Source: an uncultured Pelagibacteraceae bacterium
GTDB lineage: Bacteria; Pseudomonadota; Alphaproteobacteria; Pelagibacterales; Pelagibacteraceae
Assembly (NCBI GenBank): GCA_902584015.1
Contig: CACHYG010000001.1
Coordinates: forward strand, 18,263 to 82,262
Direction: 5' to 3'
DNA length: 64,000 nt
A program made the translations under genes and the position numbers. Positions 11,079 through 21,154 of this stretch are shown here, piece after piece (position 1 is the first letter of the stretch; every line of letters starts with the position of its first letter). The notes under the pieces were generated by a model, which saw nothing but the letters and a program-made list of their open reading frames with translations, was not told the DNA's origin and made no database searches.

Positions 11079-12118
11079 TGTCTGATAAAAAAAATCTAGG
11101 TCATAACAGTAAAAAAGATTTTTTAAAAAATCCTGTGGAACATATTGATATTACCAAATTTGACAGTAGAGAAATTATATCAGCAATGGGAAAAATGTCA
11201 TTTGTTTCCAGAGAGACTTCAAATGCAACAAATATTTATAATGAAATGCTTAAAGATAAAGATTGTACAATCTTTTTAACTTTAGCTGGCTCAACTTCTG
11301 CAGCAGGATGTATGCATATTTATAGGGATATGATTAAATATAATATGGTAGATGCTATTGTTGCAACTGGAGCATCAATAATTGATATGGATTTTTTCGA
11401 AGCACTTGGTTTTAAACATTATCAGGGTTCTCAGTTTCAAAATGACGATGAGCTAAGAAAGAATTACATAGATAGAATTTACGACACATATATTGATGAA
11501 GATGAGCTACAGAAGTGTGATAAGATTATTAGTGAAATCGCAGATAAACTAGAACCAAGGCCATATACATCTAGAGAATTCATAAAAGAAATTGGAAAAT
11601 ATCTAAAAACGAATGCAAAGAAAAAAGAATCTTTAATTGAAGTAGCATATGACAATAATGTCCCAATTTTTTGTCCGGCTTTTACTGACTCAAGTGCTGG
11701 ATTCGGTCTAGTGATGCATCAAGAAAGAAACCCAAATAAGCATATTACCATAGATTCAATCAGAGAATTTAGGGAATTAACAGAAATTAAAATCCGATCA
11801 AAAGGATCGGGTTTATTCATGATAGGAGGAGGAGTTCCAAAAAATTTCATTCAAGACACAGTAATATGCGCTGAGCTCTTAGGTAAAGAAGTTGATATGC
11901 ATAAATATGCAATCCAAATCACAGTTGCTGACTCTAGAGATGGAGCGTGCAGTAGTTCAACGCTTAAAGAGGCAAGTTCATGGGGTAAAGTCGATACATC
12001 AAAAGAACAAATGGTTTTTGCAGAGGCAACAAGTGTGCTACCTTTAATTGCAAGTGATGCTTATCATACTGGAGAATGGAAAAATAGAGAAAGAAAAAAT
12101 TTTTCAGAAATATTTTAA
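11078..12118 (+). CDS. Deoxyhypusine synthase-like protein (SpeY-type / homospermidine pathway)
   Basis: FLTLAGS, DRIYDTY, PIFCPAFTDSS, IGGGVPKNF, DSRDGACSSSTLKEASSWGK with the catalytic Lys of the EAxSWGK motif. Confidence 0.9.
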   Translation: MSDKKNLGHNSKKDFLKNPVEHIDITKFDSREIISAMGKMSFVSRETSNATNIYNEMLKDKDCTIFLTLAGSTSAAGCMHIYRDMIKYNMVDAIVATGASIIDMDFFEALGFKHYQGSQFQNDDELRKNYIDRIYDTYIDEDELQKCDKIISEIADKLEPRPYTSREFIKEIGKYLKTNAKKKESLIEVAYDNNVPIFCPAFTDSSAGFGLVMHQERNPNKHITIDSIREFRELTEIKIRSKGSGLFMIGGGVPKNFIQDTVICAELLGKEVDMHKYAIQITVADSRDGACSSSTLKEASSWGKVDTSKEQMVFAEATSVLPLIASDAYHTGEWKNRERKNFSEIF

Positions 12119-12122
12119 TTAA

Positions 12123-13004
12123 ATGTTCAAAAAAACAATTATTGGTATCATCCAGAGTAAGATTTTAAATAATTATAATTCGAATCTAAAGGCTGTTATA
12201 AAAAATATAAAAAAAGCTGCTAATAGAAATGCAAAAATAATTTGTCTACCTGAGCTTTTCTTAACAAATTACTTCTGTCAAACAGAAAACCACTCAAATT
12301 TTAAATTTGCAGAAAAAATACCAGGTAAAACCTCAAAAGTTTTTTGCGATTTATCAAAAGAATTGAATGTTGTTTTAATGATATCTATGTTTGAAAAAAA
12401 AACACGTGGTTTCTATCATAATACAAGTATTATTATAAATGAAAAAGGAAAAATTTTATCAAAGTATAGAAAAATGCATATTCCTGATGATCCAGGGTAT
12501 TATGAAAAATTTTATTTCACCCCGGGTGATCTTGGTTTTAAATCTATTAAAACTAAATATGGAAATATTGGTCCCTTAATATGTTGGGATCAGTGGTTTC
12601 CTGAGGCTGCTAGACTCACTGCTTTAAAGGGTGCACAAATAATTTTTTATCCTACTGCAATTGGATGGCATCCGAAAGAAAAGAAAACATTAGGAAAAGC
12701 ACAATTAGATTCTTGGGTAACTATGCAGAAATCACATGCTATAGCTAATGGAACTTATGTTGTTGCAGTTAACAGAGTCGGTAATGAAAAAAAAGGAAAT
12801 AAAAAAATTGAATTTTGGGGAAATTCTATGATTATTGATCCAAGTGGAAAGATAATTGGCAAATTAGGTAACAAAAAAGAGGGAATTTTAATTCGTGAAA
12901 TTGATTATGATAAAATAGATACTGCGAGAGAGCATTGGCCATTTTTAAGAGATCGAAGAGTAGACTTCTATAAAGGAATATTAAAGAATCCGGATGATGA
13001 CTAG
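12123..13004 (+). CDS. aguB: N-carbamoylputrescine amidase (nitrilase family)
   Basis: Glu-Lys-Cys triad: LPELF, YRKMHIPDDPGYYEKFYFTPGD, ICWDQWFPEAAR; also YPTAIGW and WPFLRDRR. Confidence 0.88.
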   Translation: MFKKTIIGIIQSKILNNYNSNLKAVIKNIKKAANRNAKIICLPELFLTNYFCQTENHSNFKFAEKIPGKTSKVFCDLSKELNVVLMISMFEKKTRGFYHNTSIIINEKGKILSKYRKMHIPDDPGYYEKFYFTPGDLGFKSIKTKYGNIGPLICWDQWFPEAARLTALKGAQIIFYPTAIGWHPKEKKTLGKAQLDSWVTMQKSHAIANGTYVVAVNRVGNEKKGNKKIEFWGNSMIIDPSGKIIGKLGNKKEGILIREIDYDKIDTAREHWPFLRDRRVDFYKGILKNPDDD

Positions 13005-14055
13005 TAAACTAACTGGATTTAAGATTCCTGCAGAATGGGAACCTCAAAAATCAATTTGGATCGCATGGCCTTATAATAAAAATGATTGGCCAGACCTTTT
13101 TAGTTTTATCCCACATGTAGTTGCAAAAATTGTTAAAATAATTTCAGAAAACCAAAAAGTTGATTTATTAATTGATAAAAATAAACACCAAGTTTTAAAT
13201 ATATTAAAAAATTATAAAGCGAAATTAAGCAATATCAGTTTTCACAAAATTAAAACAGATAGAATATGGTTACGTGACTCTGGACCAATATTTGTAATTA
13301 ATAAAAGAATTAAAAAAAAGTTGATACTAGACTTTAAATTCAATGCATGGTCTAAATATTATAATTTCAATAGAGATAATCAAATTAATAAAAAAATAAG
13401 TAAAATAATAAAAGTTAAAAGAATTGAACCAAAAATTAGTTTTGGTAAAAACATTAGATCAATAGTTATGGAAGGTGGTGCATTTGATACAAATGGAAAA
13501 GGATCTTTACTACTTACTGAAGAGTGCCTACTAAGTAAGGTACAAGAAAGAAATAACGGTTTCAAAAAAAAAGATTATGAGAATATCTTTTCAAAATATT
13601 TAGGAATCAATAATTTTATTTGGCTGAAAAAGGGTATATCAGGGGATGACACTCATGGACATATTGATGATATTGCTCGATTTGTGGACAAAAATACAAT
13701 AATGACTGCGGTAGAAAAAAATAAAAAAGATGCAAATTTTAAAAATTTAAAACTTAATTTCACAATATTGTCTAGAAGTAAAAATAATAATAGAGAAAAA
13801 TTTCAAATAATCAAAATCCCAATGCCTTCACCAGTATTTATTAAAAAAAAAAGGGTTCCAGCTAGTTACTTAAATTTCTTAATTACTAATAAAAAAGTAC
13901 TATTACCTATTTTTAATGTTAAACAAGATAAAAAAGTTATTAAGATATTTAGAAATTTTTTTAAAAATAAAAAAATAATACCAATCGACTGCAGTAAATT
14001 AATTTGGGGTTTTGGTGCAATACATTGCATGACACAGCAAGAACCGAAATTTTAA
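12994..14055 (+). CDS. aguA: Agmatine deiminase (PAD_porph family)
   Basis: PAEWEPQ, WLRDSGP, FNAW, EGGA, DDTHGHIDD, ASYLNF, catalytic GAIHCMTQQEP. Confidence 0.9.
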   Translation: MMTSKLTGFKIPAEWEPQKSIWIAWPYNKNDWPDLFSFIPHVVAKIVKIISENQKVDLLIDKNKHQVLNILKNYKAKLSNISFHKIKTDRIWLRDSGPIFVINKRIKKKLILDFKFNAWSKYYNFNRDNQINKKISKIIKVKRIEPKISFGKNIRSIVMEGGAFDTNGKGSLLLTEECLLSKVQERNNGFKKKDYENIFSKYLGINNFIWLKKGISGDDTHGHIDDIARFVDKNTIMTAVEKNKKDANFKNLKLNFTILSRSKNNNREKFQIIKIPMPSPVFIKKKRVPASYLNFLITNKKVLLPIFNVKQDKKVIKIFRNFFKNKKIIPIDCSKLIWGFGAIHCMTQQEPKF

Positions 14056-14604
14056 TTAGGCAGATTTGAGTGTACCAAGTAATAATCTAAAAGGAATAAG
14101 CATTACTAATGCTACAAATATTTTTACAGCCAAATCTCCTAATGATAATGTTACCCAAGGTATTACTGTTCCATAGAATGAAATCGAGAAGAATAAAAAT
14201 GTGTCAACAGTTGAACCTATTAACGAAGATGTTAATGGAGCTACAAACCACTTCTTCATCCTTAATTGATCAAAAATTTGAACATCAAGCAACTGAGCAA
14301 TTATAAAGGCTGTACCCGAACCAATAGCTATTCTTACAGAAATTAGGTCAGAATAGTTTGTGGCAAATATCAAAGTAAATAAAATTCCTATTGTAAATCC
14401 TATATATACTATTTTTCTAGCAACTATTTTACCAAATGATCTGTTTGCAAGATCAGTTATCAGAAAGGCTATAGGATAACTGAAAGCTCCATAAGTGAGA
14501 ATATCTTCAAGACCATAATATTTAATAGGGAACTGTACGAGATAGTTTGATGCTAAAACAACTAATCCCATCATAAAAGCGAGGGAAAGAAATATTTTAT
14601 TCAT
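14056..14604 (-). CDS. yhhQ: Queuosine precursor transporter (YhhQ/VUT family)
   Basis: ASNYLVQFP, TYGAFSYPIAFLITDL, RIAIGSGTAF, QLLDVQIFD, SSLIGSTVDTFLFF; multiple TM segments. Confidence 0.85.
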   Translation of the reverse strand: MNKIFLSLAFMMGLVVLASNYLVQFPIKYYGLEDILTYGAFSYPIAFLITDLANRSFGKIVARKIVYIGFTIGILFTLIFATNYSDLISVRIAIGSGTAFIIAQLLDVQIFDQLRMKKWFVAPLTSSLIGSTVDTFLFFSISFYGTVIPWVTLSLGDLAVKIFVALVMLIPFRLLLGTLKSA

Positions 14605-14885
14605 CAAGCTGATTTATTTAATAAAGTTTTTTTAATTTTCTTTAATCTGAAAGAAAGATTTTTCGTTTTTGCTGATTTTATAAATTGGTCAAAACTTCCT
14701 TTTTTATCGACTGATCGTATTCCAGAGTTTGAAACAGTAAGTTTTAAACTTTTATTTAGCATTTCACTCTTGAATCTTACTTTTTTCAGGTTTGGTAAAA
14801 ATCTTCTTTTAGTTTTATTATTAGCGTGACTTACCTTATGTCCCTTTAAAGGTATTTTTCCTGTTAATTCACATTTTTTCGACAT
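14604..14885 (-). CDS. rpmB: 50S ribosomal protein L28
   Basis: [10 protein letters not shown]...[16 protein letters not shown]. Confidence 0.96.
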   Translation of the reverse strand: MSKKCELTGKIPLKGHKVSHANNKTKRRFLPNLKKVRFKSEMLNKSLKLTVSNSGIRSVDKKGSFDQFIKSAKTKNLSFRLKKIKKTLLNKSA

Positions 14886-14918
14886 AAAAACTAAGAATGT
14901 ATATGCGTAGAAAATTAC

Positions 14919-15968
14919 TCAGTCAAGTTTATTTTTAGAACCTACTAATTCAGAAATATTATTTACACCTGTTTTTTTTATTATTTCTATCAATTCATCA
15001 TTTATTTTAGATACTATATTTGGACCTTTAAAAACCATTCCAGTATATAGTTGAACAAGTTTTGCACCATTTATTATTTTTTCGTAAACTGATCTACCGC
15101 TATCAACTCCTCCAACTCCAATAATTGTAATATCTGTTTTAAAACTTTTAAAAAATTCATTTATTAGAAAATTTGACTTATTTTCGAGAGGTTTGCCCGA
15201 AAGACCTCCCTTTTCTAATTTATTAATATTTTTTAAATTTTCTCTCGTCCTATCAGTTGAGTTTGAGATGATTACTGTTGTGATTTTATTATTTGTTATA
15301 ATCTCACATATTCTATCAATATTTTTATTTTCAATATCTGGAGAAATTTTTAAGGCAATAGGTACGTTTGTTTTCAATGTAGTCTTTTCGGCTTGAATCT
15401 CTTTAAGAAGTTCATCTAGCTCTTCATCCTTATGGAAGCTTCTTAAATTTTCAGTATTAGGAGATGAAATATTCACAGTTAAATAGTCACCAATGTCATG
15501 GAATTTTCTTAAACCTACTAAATAGTCATTTACCCTATCTTTTGTATCTTTATTAGGTCCAATATTTATTCCTAAAAGACCAGAAGGGGAATTTGATAAT
15601 ATTCTTGATCTCACCTTATCAGAGCCAGAATTATTAAATCCCAATCTATTTATCAGAGCTTCATCTTCCTCAAGTCTAAACACCCGAGGTTTAGGATTAC
15701 CGTATTGCTTAAGTGGAGTGACCGTTCCAACTTCAACAAAACCAAAACCTAGTTTAAATAAAGAATTATACACCTCAGCATTTTTATCAAAACCTGCTGC
15801 GATACCAACAGGGTTTGGTATTTTTTTACCAAGGATATCTAATTCAAGAATTTTGTTTTTCTGATTTTTTTTATAAGGGATATAGTTAAACTTTAAGGCT
15901 TTAATTGCCAAATTATGCGCTGTTTCAGGGTCTAATTTAAAAATTAATCCTCTTATTTTTTCAAACAT
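14919..15968 (-). CDS. pyrD: Quinone-dependent dihydroorotate dehydrogenase
   Basis: AAGFDKNA, GNPKPRVFRL, NRLGFNN, NISSPNT, GGLSG, VQLYTG. Confidence 0.95.
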   Translation of the reverse strand: MFEKIRGLIFKLDPETAHNLAIKALKFNYIPYKKNQKNKILELDILGKKIPNPVGIAAGFDKNAEVYNSLFKLGFGFVEVGTVTPLKQYGNPKPRVFRLEEDEALINRLGFNNSGSDKVRSRILSNSPSGLLGINIGPNKDTKDRVNDYLVGLRKFHDIGDYLTVNISSPNTENLRSFHKDEELDELLKEIQAEKTTLKTNVPIALKISPDIENKNIDRICEIITNNKITTVIISNSTDRTRENLKNINKLEKGGLSGKPLENKSNFLINEFFKSFKTDITIIGVGGVDSGRSVYEKIINGAKLVQLYTGMVFKGPNIVSKINDELIEIIKKTGVNNISELVGSKNKLD

Positions 15969-17529
15969 TATTTATTTTTTCTTTTATTAGATTTTTAGTT
16001 TCGTTAACTCCAAAAAAACTTATAAAAAAACCCATTCTTGGACCATTTTCAACTCCAAAAACAACTTGATAAATTAATTTAAACCAATCACGTAAATTTT
16101 CCTTATAGCCATTTTCTTTTCCAACAGAATAAATTTTTGTTTGTATATCCTCTGGCTTCATATCATCACCACAATCATTTAAAGCTTCTATCAATGATTC
16201 TAAGGCAATTTTTTCATTCTTGTTTGGTTTTTTATATTTTTTTGTTTTCTTTATGACATCGTTAAAATATTTAATTGCATATCCAACTAAACTATCAAAA
16301 ATAGTTTGATTATTCTCAGAAATGTTTTTTTTATATTTTTTAACAAATTTCCAAAGTAGATCTTTTTTTTCAGCATTGCTTGTTTCAACAAGATTTAATA
16401 ACATTGAAAAACTCATTATATAGTCCTCCTTGGGCATTTTAGAATTATGTACATGCCAGACTGGGTTCATAAGAATTTGCAGATCGTTCTGAGATTTTCC
16501 TTTTTCAATCAAATCTAAGTACTCGTCTACGGATTTTGGTATTATTTCTTTATAAAGTTTTTTTGCTCTTTTGGGATTTTGGTACATAAATAATGATAAA
16601 CTCTCTGGTGAGGCGTACTCTAACCATTGATCAATCGTTATACCATTACCTTTTGACTTTGAAATTTTTTCACCATTTTCATCTAAAAATAACTCATAAG
16701 CGAAACCACTTGGACTTTTTTTTCCAAGCAAATTAATAATCTTGGTAGATAAAATTGCACTCTCAATAAGATCTTTTCCATACATTTCAAAATCAACATC
16801 TAATGCGTACCATCTCATTGCCCAATCAACTTTCCATTGTAATTTACAATTTCCATCTAAAATACTAGACTCAAGTTTTTGACCTTTGTTATCAAAAACA
16901 ATTTTTGAGTTTTTTTCATCTATCTCAATTACGGGTATCTCTAAAACTTTTTTTGAATTCGGACAAATGGGTAAAAATGGCGAGTAAGTTTTTTGTCTTT
17001 CTTTTCCAAGAGTTGGTATTATTATATCCATAATTCCATTATAATTTTTCAAAATTAGTTTAAGTGTTTCGTTAAAAAAACCTGACTTATAAAGACTAGT
17101 TGAACTTTTAAAAATATATTTAAACTTAAATTCATCTAAGAATTTTTTTAGCATCTCATTGTTATGTTCACCAAAACTATCATATTTTTCAAATGGGTCA
17201 GGGACAAGCGTTAACGGTTTTTGTAAGTTATTTTCTAGTTTTTTTACATTAGGGATATTGTCCGGAACTTTTCTTAGACCATCCATGTCATCTGAAAAGG
17301 TAATAATTTCTTTGGGAATATCTATGATATGATCCAAAGCATTTACTATCATAGAAGTTCTGGCTACTTCACCAAAAGTACCGATATGTGGTAGTCCACT
17401 TGGACCATAACCTGTTTGTAATATAATTTTGCCTTTCTTTTTTATTGATGACCCTCTTTCTTTGAGAATTTTTTTTGCCTCGATAAAAGGCCAGGCATTT
17501 GTCTTATCTAAATTAGCTTTATCAATCAC
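15961..17529 (-). CDS. lysS: Lysyl-tRNA synthetase, class I
   Basis: GYGPSGLPHIGTFGEVART (HIGH motif), KLQWKVDWAMRW, KISKSKGN; GTG start. Confidence 0.95.
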   Translation of the reverse strand: MIDKANLDKTNAWPFIEAKKILKERGSSIKKKGKIILQTGYGPSGLPHIGTFGEVARTSMIVNALDHIIDIPKEIITFSDDMDGLRKVPDNIPNVKKLENNLQKPLTLVPDPFEKYDSFGEHNNEMLKKFLDEFKFKYIFKSSTSLYKSGFFNETLKLILKNYNGIMDIIIPTLGKERQKTYSPFLPICPNSKKVLEIPVIEIDEKNSKIVFDNKGQKLESSILDGNCKLQWKVDWAMRWYALDVDFEMYGKDLIESAILSTKIINLLGKKSPSGFAYELFLDENGEKISKSKGNGITIDQWLEYASPESLSLFMYQNPKRAKKLYKEIIPKSVDEYLDLIEKGKSQNDLQILMNPVWHVHNSKMPKEDYIMSFSMLLNLVETSNAEKKDLLWKFVKKYKKNISENNQTIFDSLVGYAIKYFNDVIKKTKKYKKPNKNEKIALESLIEALNDCGDDMKPEDIQTKIYSVGKENGYKENLRDWFKLIYQVVFGVENGPRMGFFISFFGVNETKNLIKEKINNV

Positions 17530-17608
17530 AAAAATTCGTATATTTGGTTGTTTTTATTAATTCTTATAGTGTTGATATTTATTTACCATAAAATAATGTT
17601 CAAACAAA

Positions 17609-19054
17609 ATGTCCAATTATAAAACAGTTTTTTTCATTATTGGTGTACTACAAATAATTCTTGGAATATTTATGACTATTCCAATTTTATTACAGTTAGT
17701 ACTTGGTGAACTTGACTCTTCATTCATAACATCCACTGTAATTACATTAGTATTTGGAGTTTTATTCGTTTTATCAAATCTAGATTATAATAAAAAAATT
17801 AATCTGCAGCAGGCGTTTCTTCTCACCACGCTTTCTTGGTTAACAATTGCTATTTTTGGATCTTTACCTTTTTATTTTTCAAATTTGAGTTTATCTTTTA
17901 CAGATTCATTTTTTGAGAGTATGTCTGGACTTACAACGACAGGTTCTACAATAATAACAAATTTAGAAATTGTACCCAAAAGTATTTTACTATGGAGGGC
18001 ACTGCTTCAATGGCTTGGGGGTATAGGTATTATTGTAATGGCAATCACTTTAATGCCTATCATGAATATAGGTGGCATGCTTTTATTTAAAGTTCTAAAT
18101 ACAGATTCATCTGATGAAACTTTGCCTTCCTCAAAAGAAATCTCATTAAAATTAGTTTTTATTTATTTTGTGCTCACTATGATATGTGCATCCACATATA
18201 AAATATTTGGAATGAGTTTTTTTGATAGCATTACACATTCAATGACAACAATTGCTACCGGTGGCTTCTCGAATTATAACGAGTCTATTGGATATTTTAA
18301 TAATGCTAAAATAGAAATTACTGCAATGTTATTTATTATATTGGGTAGTTTACCATTTATAGCGTATATAAAATTTTTAAATGGTAATAAAAAAGTATTT
18401 GTAAATGATACTCAGGTCGTCACTTTTGTAAAATTAATAATTTTTTCGATTTCTATAATTTTAATATATTTGTTTTTCAAAGTTGAAAATATCAGCTTAA
18501 CAGATTTACGATCAGTGAGTTTTAACTCAATATCAATTTTAACAGGAACAGGTTATATAACCGGCCAATTTGATCAATGGGGAAGTTTTTCATTGTTTTA
18601 TTTTTTAATTTTAATGTTCATTGGAGGTTGTGCAGGGTCTACAACATGTGGAATAAAAATTTTTAGAGTTCAAATTTTATATGAATTTGTGATTACACAG
18701 CTAAAAAAAATAATATATCCAAGAGGCATTTTTGTAATTAAATATGAGAATAATAACGTGAGTGATAAATTTTTAGCTTCAATAATATCTTTCATATATT
18801 TATATATATTAATTTTCTTTTTAATCACAGCGCTTTTATCTTTGACTGGTTTGGATTTTATTACCTCTATTTCTGGAGCGGCAACATCAATATCTAATGT
18901 TGGACCAGGTTTAGGTTCTATTATTGGTTCTAACGGAAACTTTTCAATACTACCGGATAGTTCCAAGTGGATTTTAAGTGCAGGAATGATATTAGGGAGA
19001 TTAGAACTGTTTGCTATATTAGTTTTATTTTTACCAACTTTTTGGAAAAAATGA
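17609..19054 (+). CDS. trkH: Trk potassium uptake membrane protein
   Basis: Pore loops SGLTTTG, IATGGFS, LTGTGY, SNVGPGLG; GGCAGSTTCGIK; GRLE. Confidence 0.93.
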   Translation: MSNYKTVFFIIGVLQIILGIFMTIPILLQLVLGELDSSFITSTVITLVFGVLFVLSNLDYNKKINLQQAFLLTTLSWLTIAIFGSLPFYFSNLSLSFTDSFFESMSGLTTTGSTIITNLEIVPKSILLWRALLQWLGGIGIIVMAITLMPIMNIGGMLLFKVLNTDSSDETLPSSKEISLKLVFIYFVLTMICASTYKIFGMSFFDSITHSMTTIATGGFSNYNESIGYFNNAKIEITAMLFIILGSLPFIAYIKFLNGNKKVFVNDTQVVTFVKLIIFSISIILIYLFFKVENISLTDLRSVSFNSISILTGTGYITGQFDQWGSFSLFYFLILMFIGGCAGSTTCGIKIFRVQILYEFVITQLKKIIYPRGIFVIKYENNNVSDKFLASIISFIYLYILIFFLITALLSLTGLDFITSISGAATSISNVGPGLGSIIGSNGNFSILPDSSKWILSAGMILGRLELFAILVLFLPTFWKK

Positions 19055-20427
19055 TTGAAATAAAAAAAGAAAAAAATTTTTTTGATACTGTAAAATTTTA
19101 TTTTGACACGAGAATGTTAAAAATTTTACTGTTAGGAGCCATCAGTGGTTTTCCATGGGTAATTATAGGAAGTAGTTTAAGTTTATGGTTAAAAGAAGAA
19201 GGTCTATCAAGATCCACTATTGGATGGGCTGGATTAATTTTTGCAGTTTATGCTTTTAACTATTTTTGGGCACCATTAATTGACAGAATTCAGATACCCT
19301 TTTTAACAAAAAAAATTGGTCATAGAAAATCTTGGATTTTTTTAATGCAGATAATAATTTTAATTGGATTAATATTCTGGAGCCTTATAAATCCAGTACA
19401 AAATTTAAATCTAGTCATTGGTGCAGGATTAATTATTGCTATAGCCTCAGCAACACAGGATATAACAGTGGATGCTTTGAGAATTGAGCAAATAAAAAAA
19501 GAGGAAAAAGAAGCAATGGCTGCAGGAGCGGCGGTAGCAGTGGTTGGTTGGTGGTCAGGTTATAAATTAGGGGGGGTAATCGCTTTAACGTTGGCAGATT
19601 TTTTAGAGAATTTAGGAATTGAAAACTATTGGCAATTATCTTTTTTAGGTTTGGGTGTAATTATTATTTTATTAAATATAGGAATTTTATTTATTAGAGA
19701 AGGAAATTTTTTTAATATAAAAAATTCTCATCTTGAATTAGATGAAAAGATTTTAGATAAATTAAATTATAGTAATATATTTACTAAATTTTTAGCTTGG
19801 ATTACCTCTACGATTTCTGGGCCTTTAATTAGTTTTTTTAAAAAAAATGGGAAAGGAATAGCTATTGGAATTATAAGTTTTATTTTTCTTTTTAAAATTG
19901 GAGAGGCTTTCTTAGGAAGAATGTCAGTAATTTTTTATAAAGAAATTGGTTTTTCTAAATCCGATATAGCGCTTTATTCAAAAACTTTTGGTTGGATAAC
20001 TACAGTAATTTTTACTTTATTAGGAGGAATGTTTGCAATCCGGTCAGGCGTTATAAAATCGATGTTTTTGGCAGGAATATTGATGGCATTAACGAATGTT
20101 CTTTTTTCTTTTTTAGCATGGAGTGATAAATCATATTTATTATTTGCAATAGCGGTTATTTTAGATGATATGGCGGCTGCTTTTGCAACAGTAGCTTTTG
20201 TTGCTTTTATATCTTTATTAGTAGATAGAAATTATACTGCTACACAATATGCTCTGCTTGCTTCTTTAGGTACAGCAGGAAGAACTACACTTGCTTCTTC
20301 CTCAGGTGCATTAGTAGATTGGTTAAATGGTGATTGGGGTATATTTTTCATAATTACGGCTTTAATGGTAATTCCATCACTTATTCTTCTATATCTGATG
20401 AAAAATAAAATTAAACTTAATGACTAA
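19051..20427 (+). CDS. ampG: AmpG muropeptide MFS transporter
   Basis: LLGAISGFP, FWAPLIDR, GHRKSW, ASATQDITVDALRIE, YTATQYALLASL; ATG at 19051. Confidence 0.88.
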   Translation: MIEIKKEKNFFDTVKFYFDTRMLKILLLGAISGFPWVIIGSSLSLWLKEEGLSRSTIGWAGLIFAVYAFNYFWAPLIDRIQIPFLTKKIGHRKSWIFLMQIIILIGLIFWSLINPVQNLNLVIGAGLIIAIASATQDITVDALRIEQIKKEEKEAMAAGAAVAVVGWWSGYKLGGVIALTLADFLENLGIENYWQLSFLGLGVIIILLNIGILFIREGNFFNIKNSHLELDEKILDKLNYSNIFTKFLAWITSTISGPLISFFKKNGKGIAIGIISFIFLFKIGEAFLGRMSVIFYKEIGFSKSDIALYSKTFGWITTVIFTLLGGMFAIRSGVIKSMFLAGILMALTNVLFSFLAWSDKSYLLFAIAVILDDMAAAFATVAFVAFISLLVDRNYTATQYALLASLGTAGRTTLASSSGALVDWLNGDWGIFFIITALMVIPSLILLYLMKNKIKLND

Positions 20428-21151
20428 TTTATTTTCAACATCATTAATAAGAAATATTTATAAAAAACCATCGAAAAAATCAGAGGTTACAAGTCAAATA
20501 ATATATGGAGAAAAAATAAAAATTATTAAGATTAAAAATAGATGGTTAAAAATTAAGACATATAATGACAATTATTCTGGTTATATTAAAAACGAAAAAC
20601 TTAAAGAAGGCTTAAAAATTATTTTTAAAACTAATAAATCGAAAACTAGAATATTTTCTCAAAATAAAAAAAAAAACTTTCTTACATTTAATAGTAGATT
20701 GCCAATCATTTCGAAAAGTAAAAAATTTATAGAATTTGAGAAGGGAAAATGGGTAAAAAGGACAGATATTAAACCAATAAATCACAAAGACAGAAATTTT
20801 GTTAAAATTTTAAAGTCTTTTATAAATTGTAAATATACCTGGGGTGGCAAATCATACAAAGGTATAGACTGCTCGGCACTTGTTCAATTGTACTATCTTT
20901 ATAATAATAAATTTTTTCCAAGAGATACAAAAGACCAAATATCTTTTAAAGAAGGTAAAAAAAAATTAATCAAATTTTCAAGAGGCGATATTATCTACTG
21001 GAAGGGTCATGTAGCTGTTTGTCTGAATAGAAATAAACTTATTCATGCGTATGGACCTAGAAAAAAAGTATTAATAATGAATATAAATAAAACTATTGAA
21101 TTAATTAACGAAACAGCAAAACTCAAGGTAAAAAAAATAATAAAAATTTAA
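20420..21151 (+). CDS. SH3 + NlpC/P60 cell-wall peptidase (YkfC/dipeptidyl-peptidase VI-like), no signal peptide
   Basis: N-terminal SQIIYGE...WLKI...YSGYI (SH3b-like); YTWGG..GIDCSALVQ, PRDT.DQ, WKGHVA, IHAYG (Cys-His-His). Confidence 0.82.
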   Translation: MTNLFSTSLIRNIYKKPSKKSEVTSQIIYGEKIKIIKIKNRWLKIKTYNDNYSGYIKNEKLKEGLKIIFKTNKSKTRIFSQNKKKNFLTFNSRLPIISKSKKFIEFEKGKWVKRTDIKPINHKDRNFVKILKSFINCKYTWGGKSYKGIDCSALVQLYYLYNNKFFPRDTKDQISFKEGKKKLIKFSRGDIIYWKGHVAVCLNRNKLIHAYGPRKKVLIMNINKTIELINETAKLKVKKIIKI

Positions 21152-21154
21152 AAA

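Noticed and set aside
11078-12118. DHS homologue as evidence of eIF5A-like hypusination or transfer from eukaryotes/archaea
   Set aside because: DHS homologues are widespread in bacteria, and the polyamine-gene context points to small-molecule metabolism; no efp or hydroxylase gene is adjacent.
15961-17529. Class I LysRS as an archaeal horizontal acquisition
   Set aside because: Class I LysRS is the normal form in many Alphaproteobacteria.
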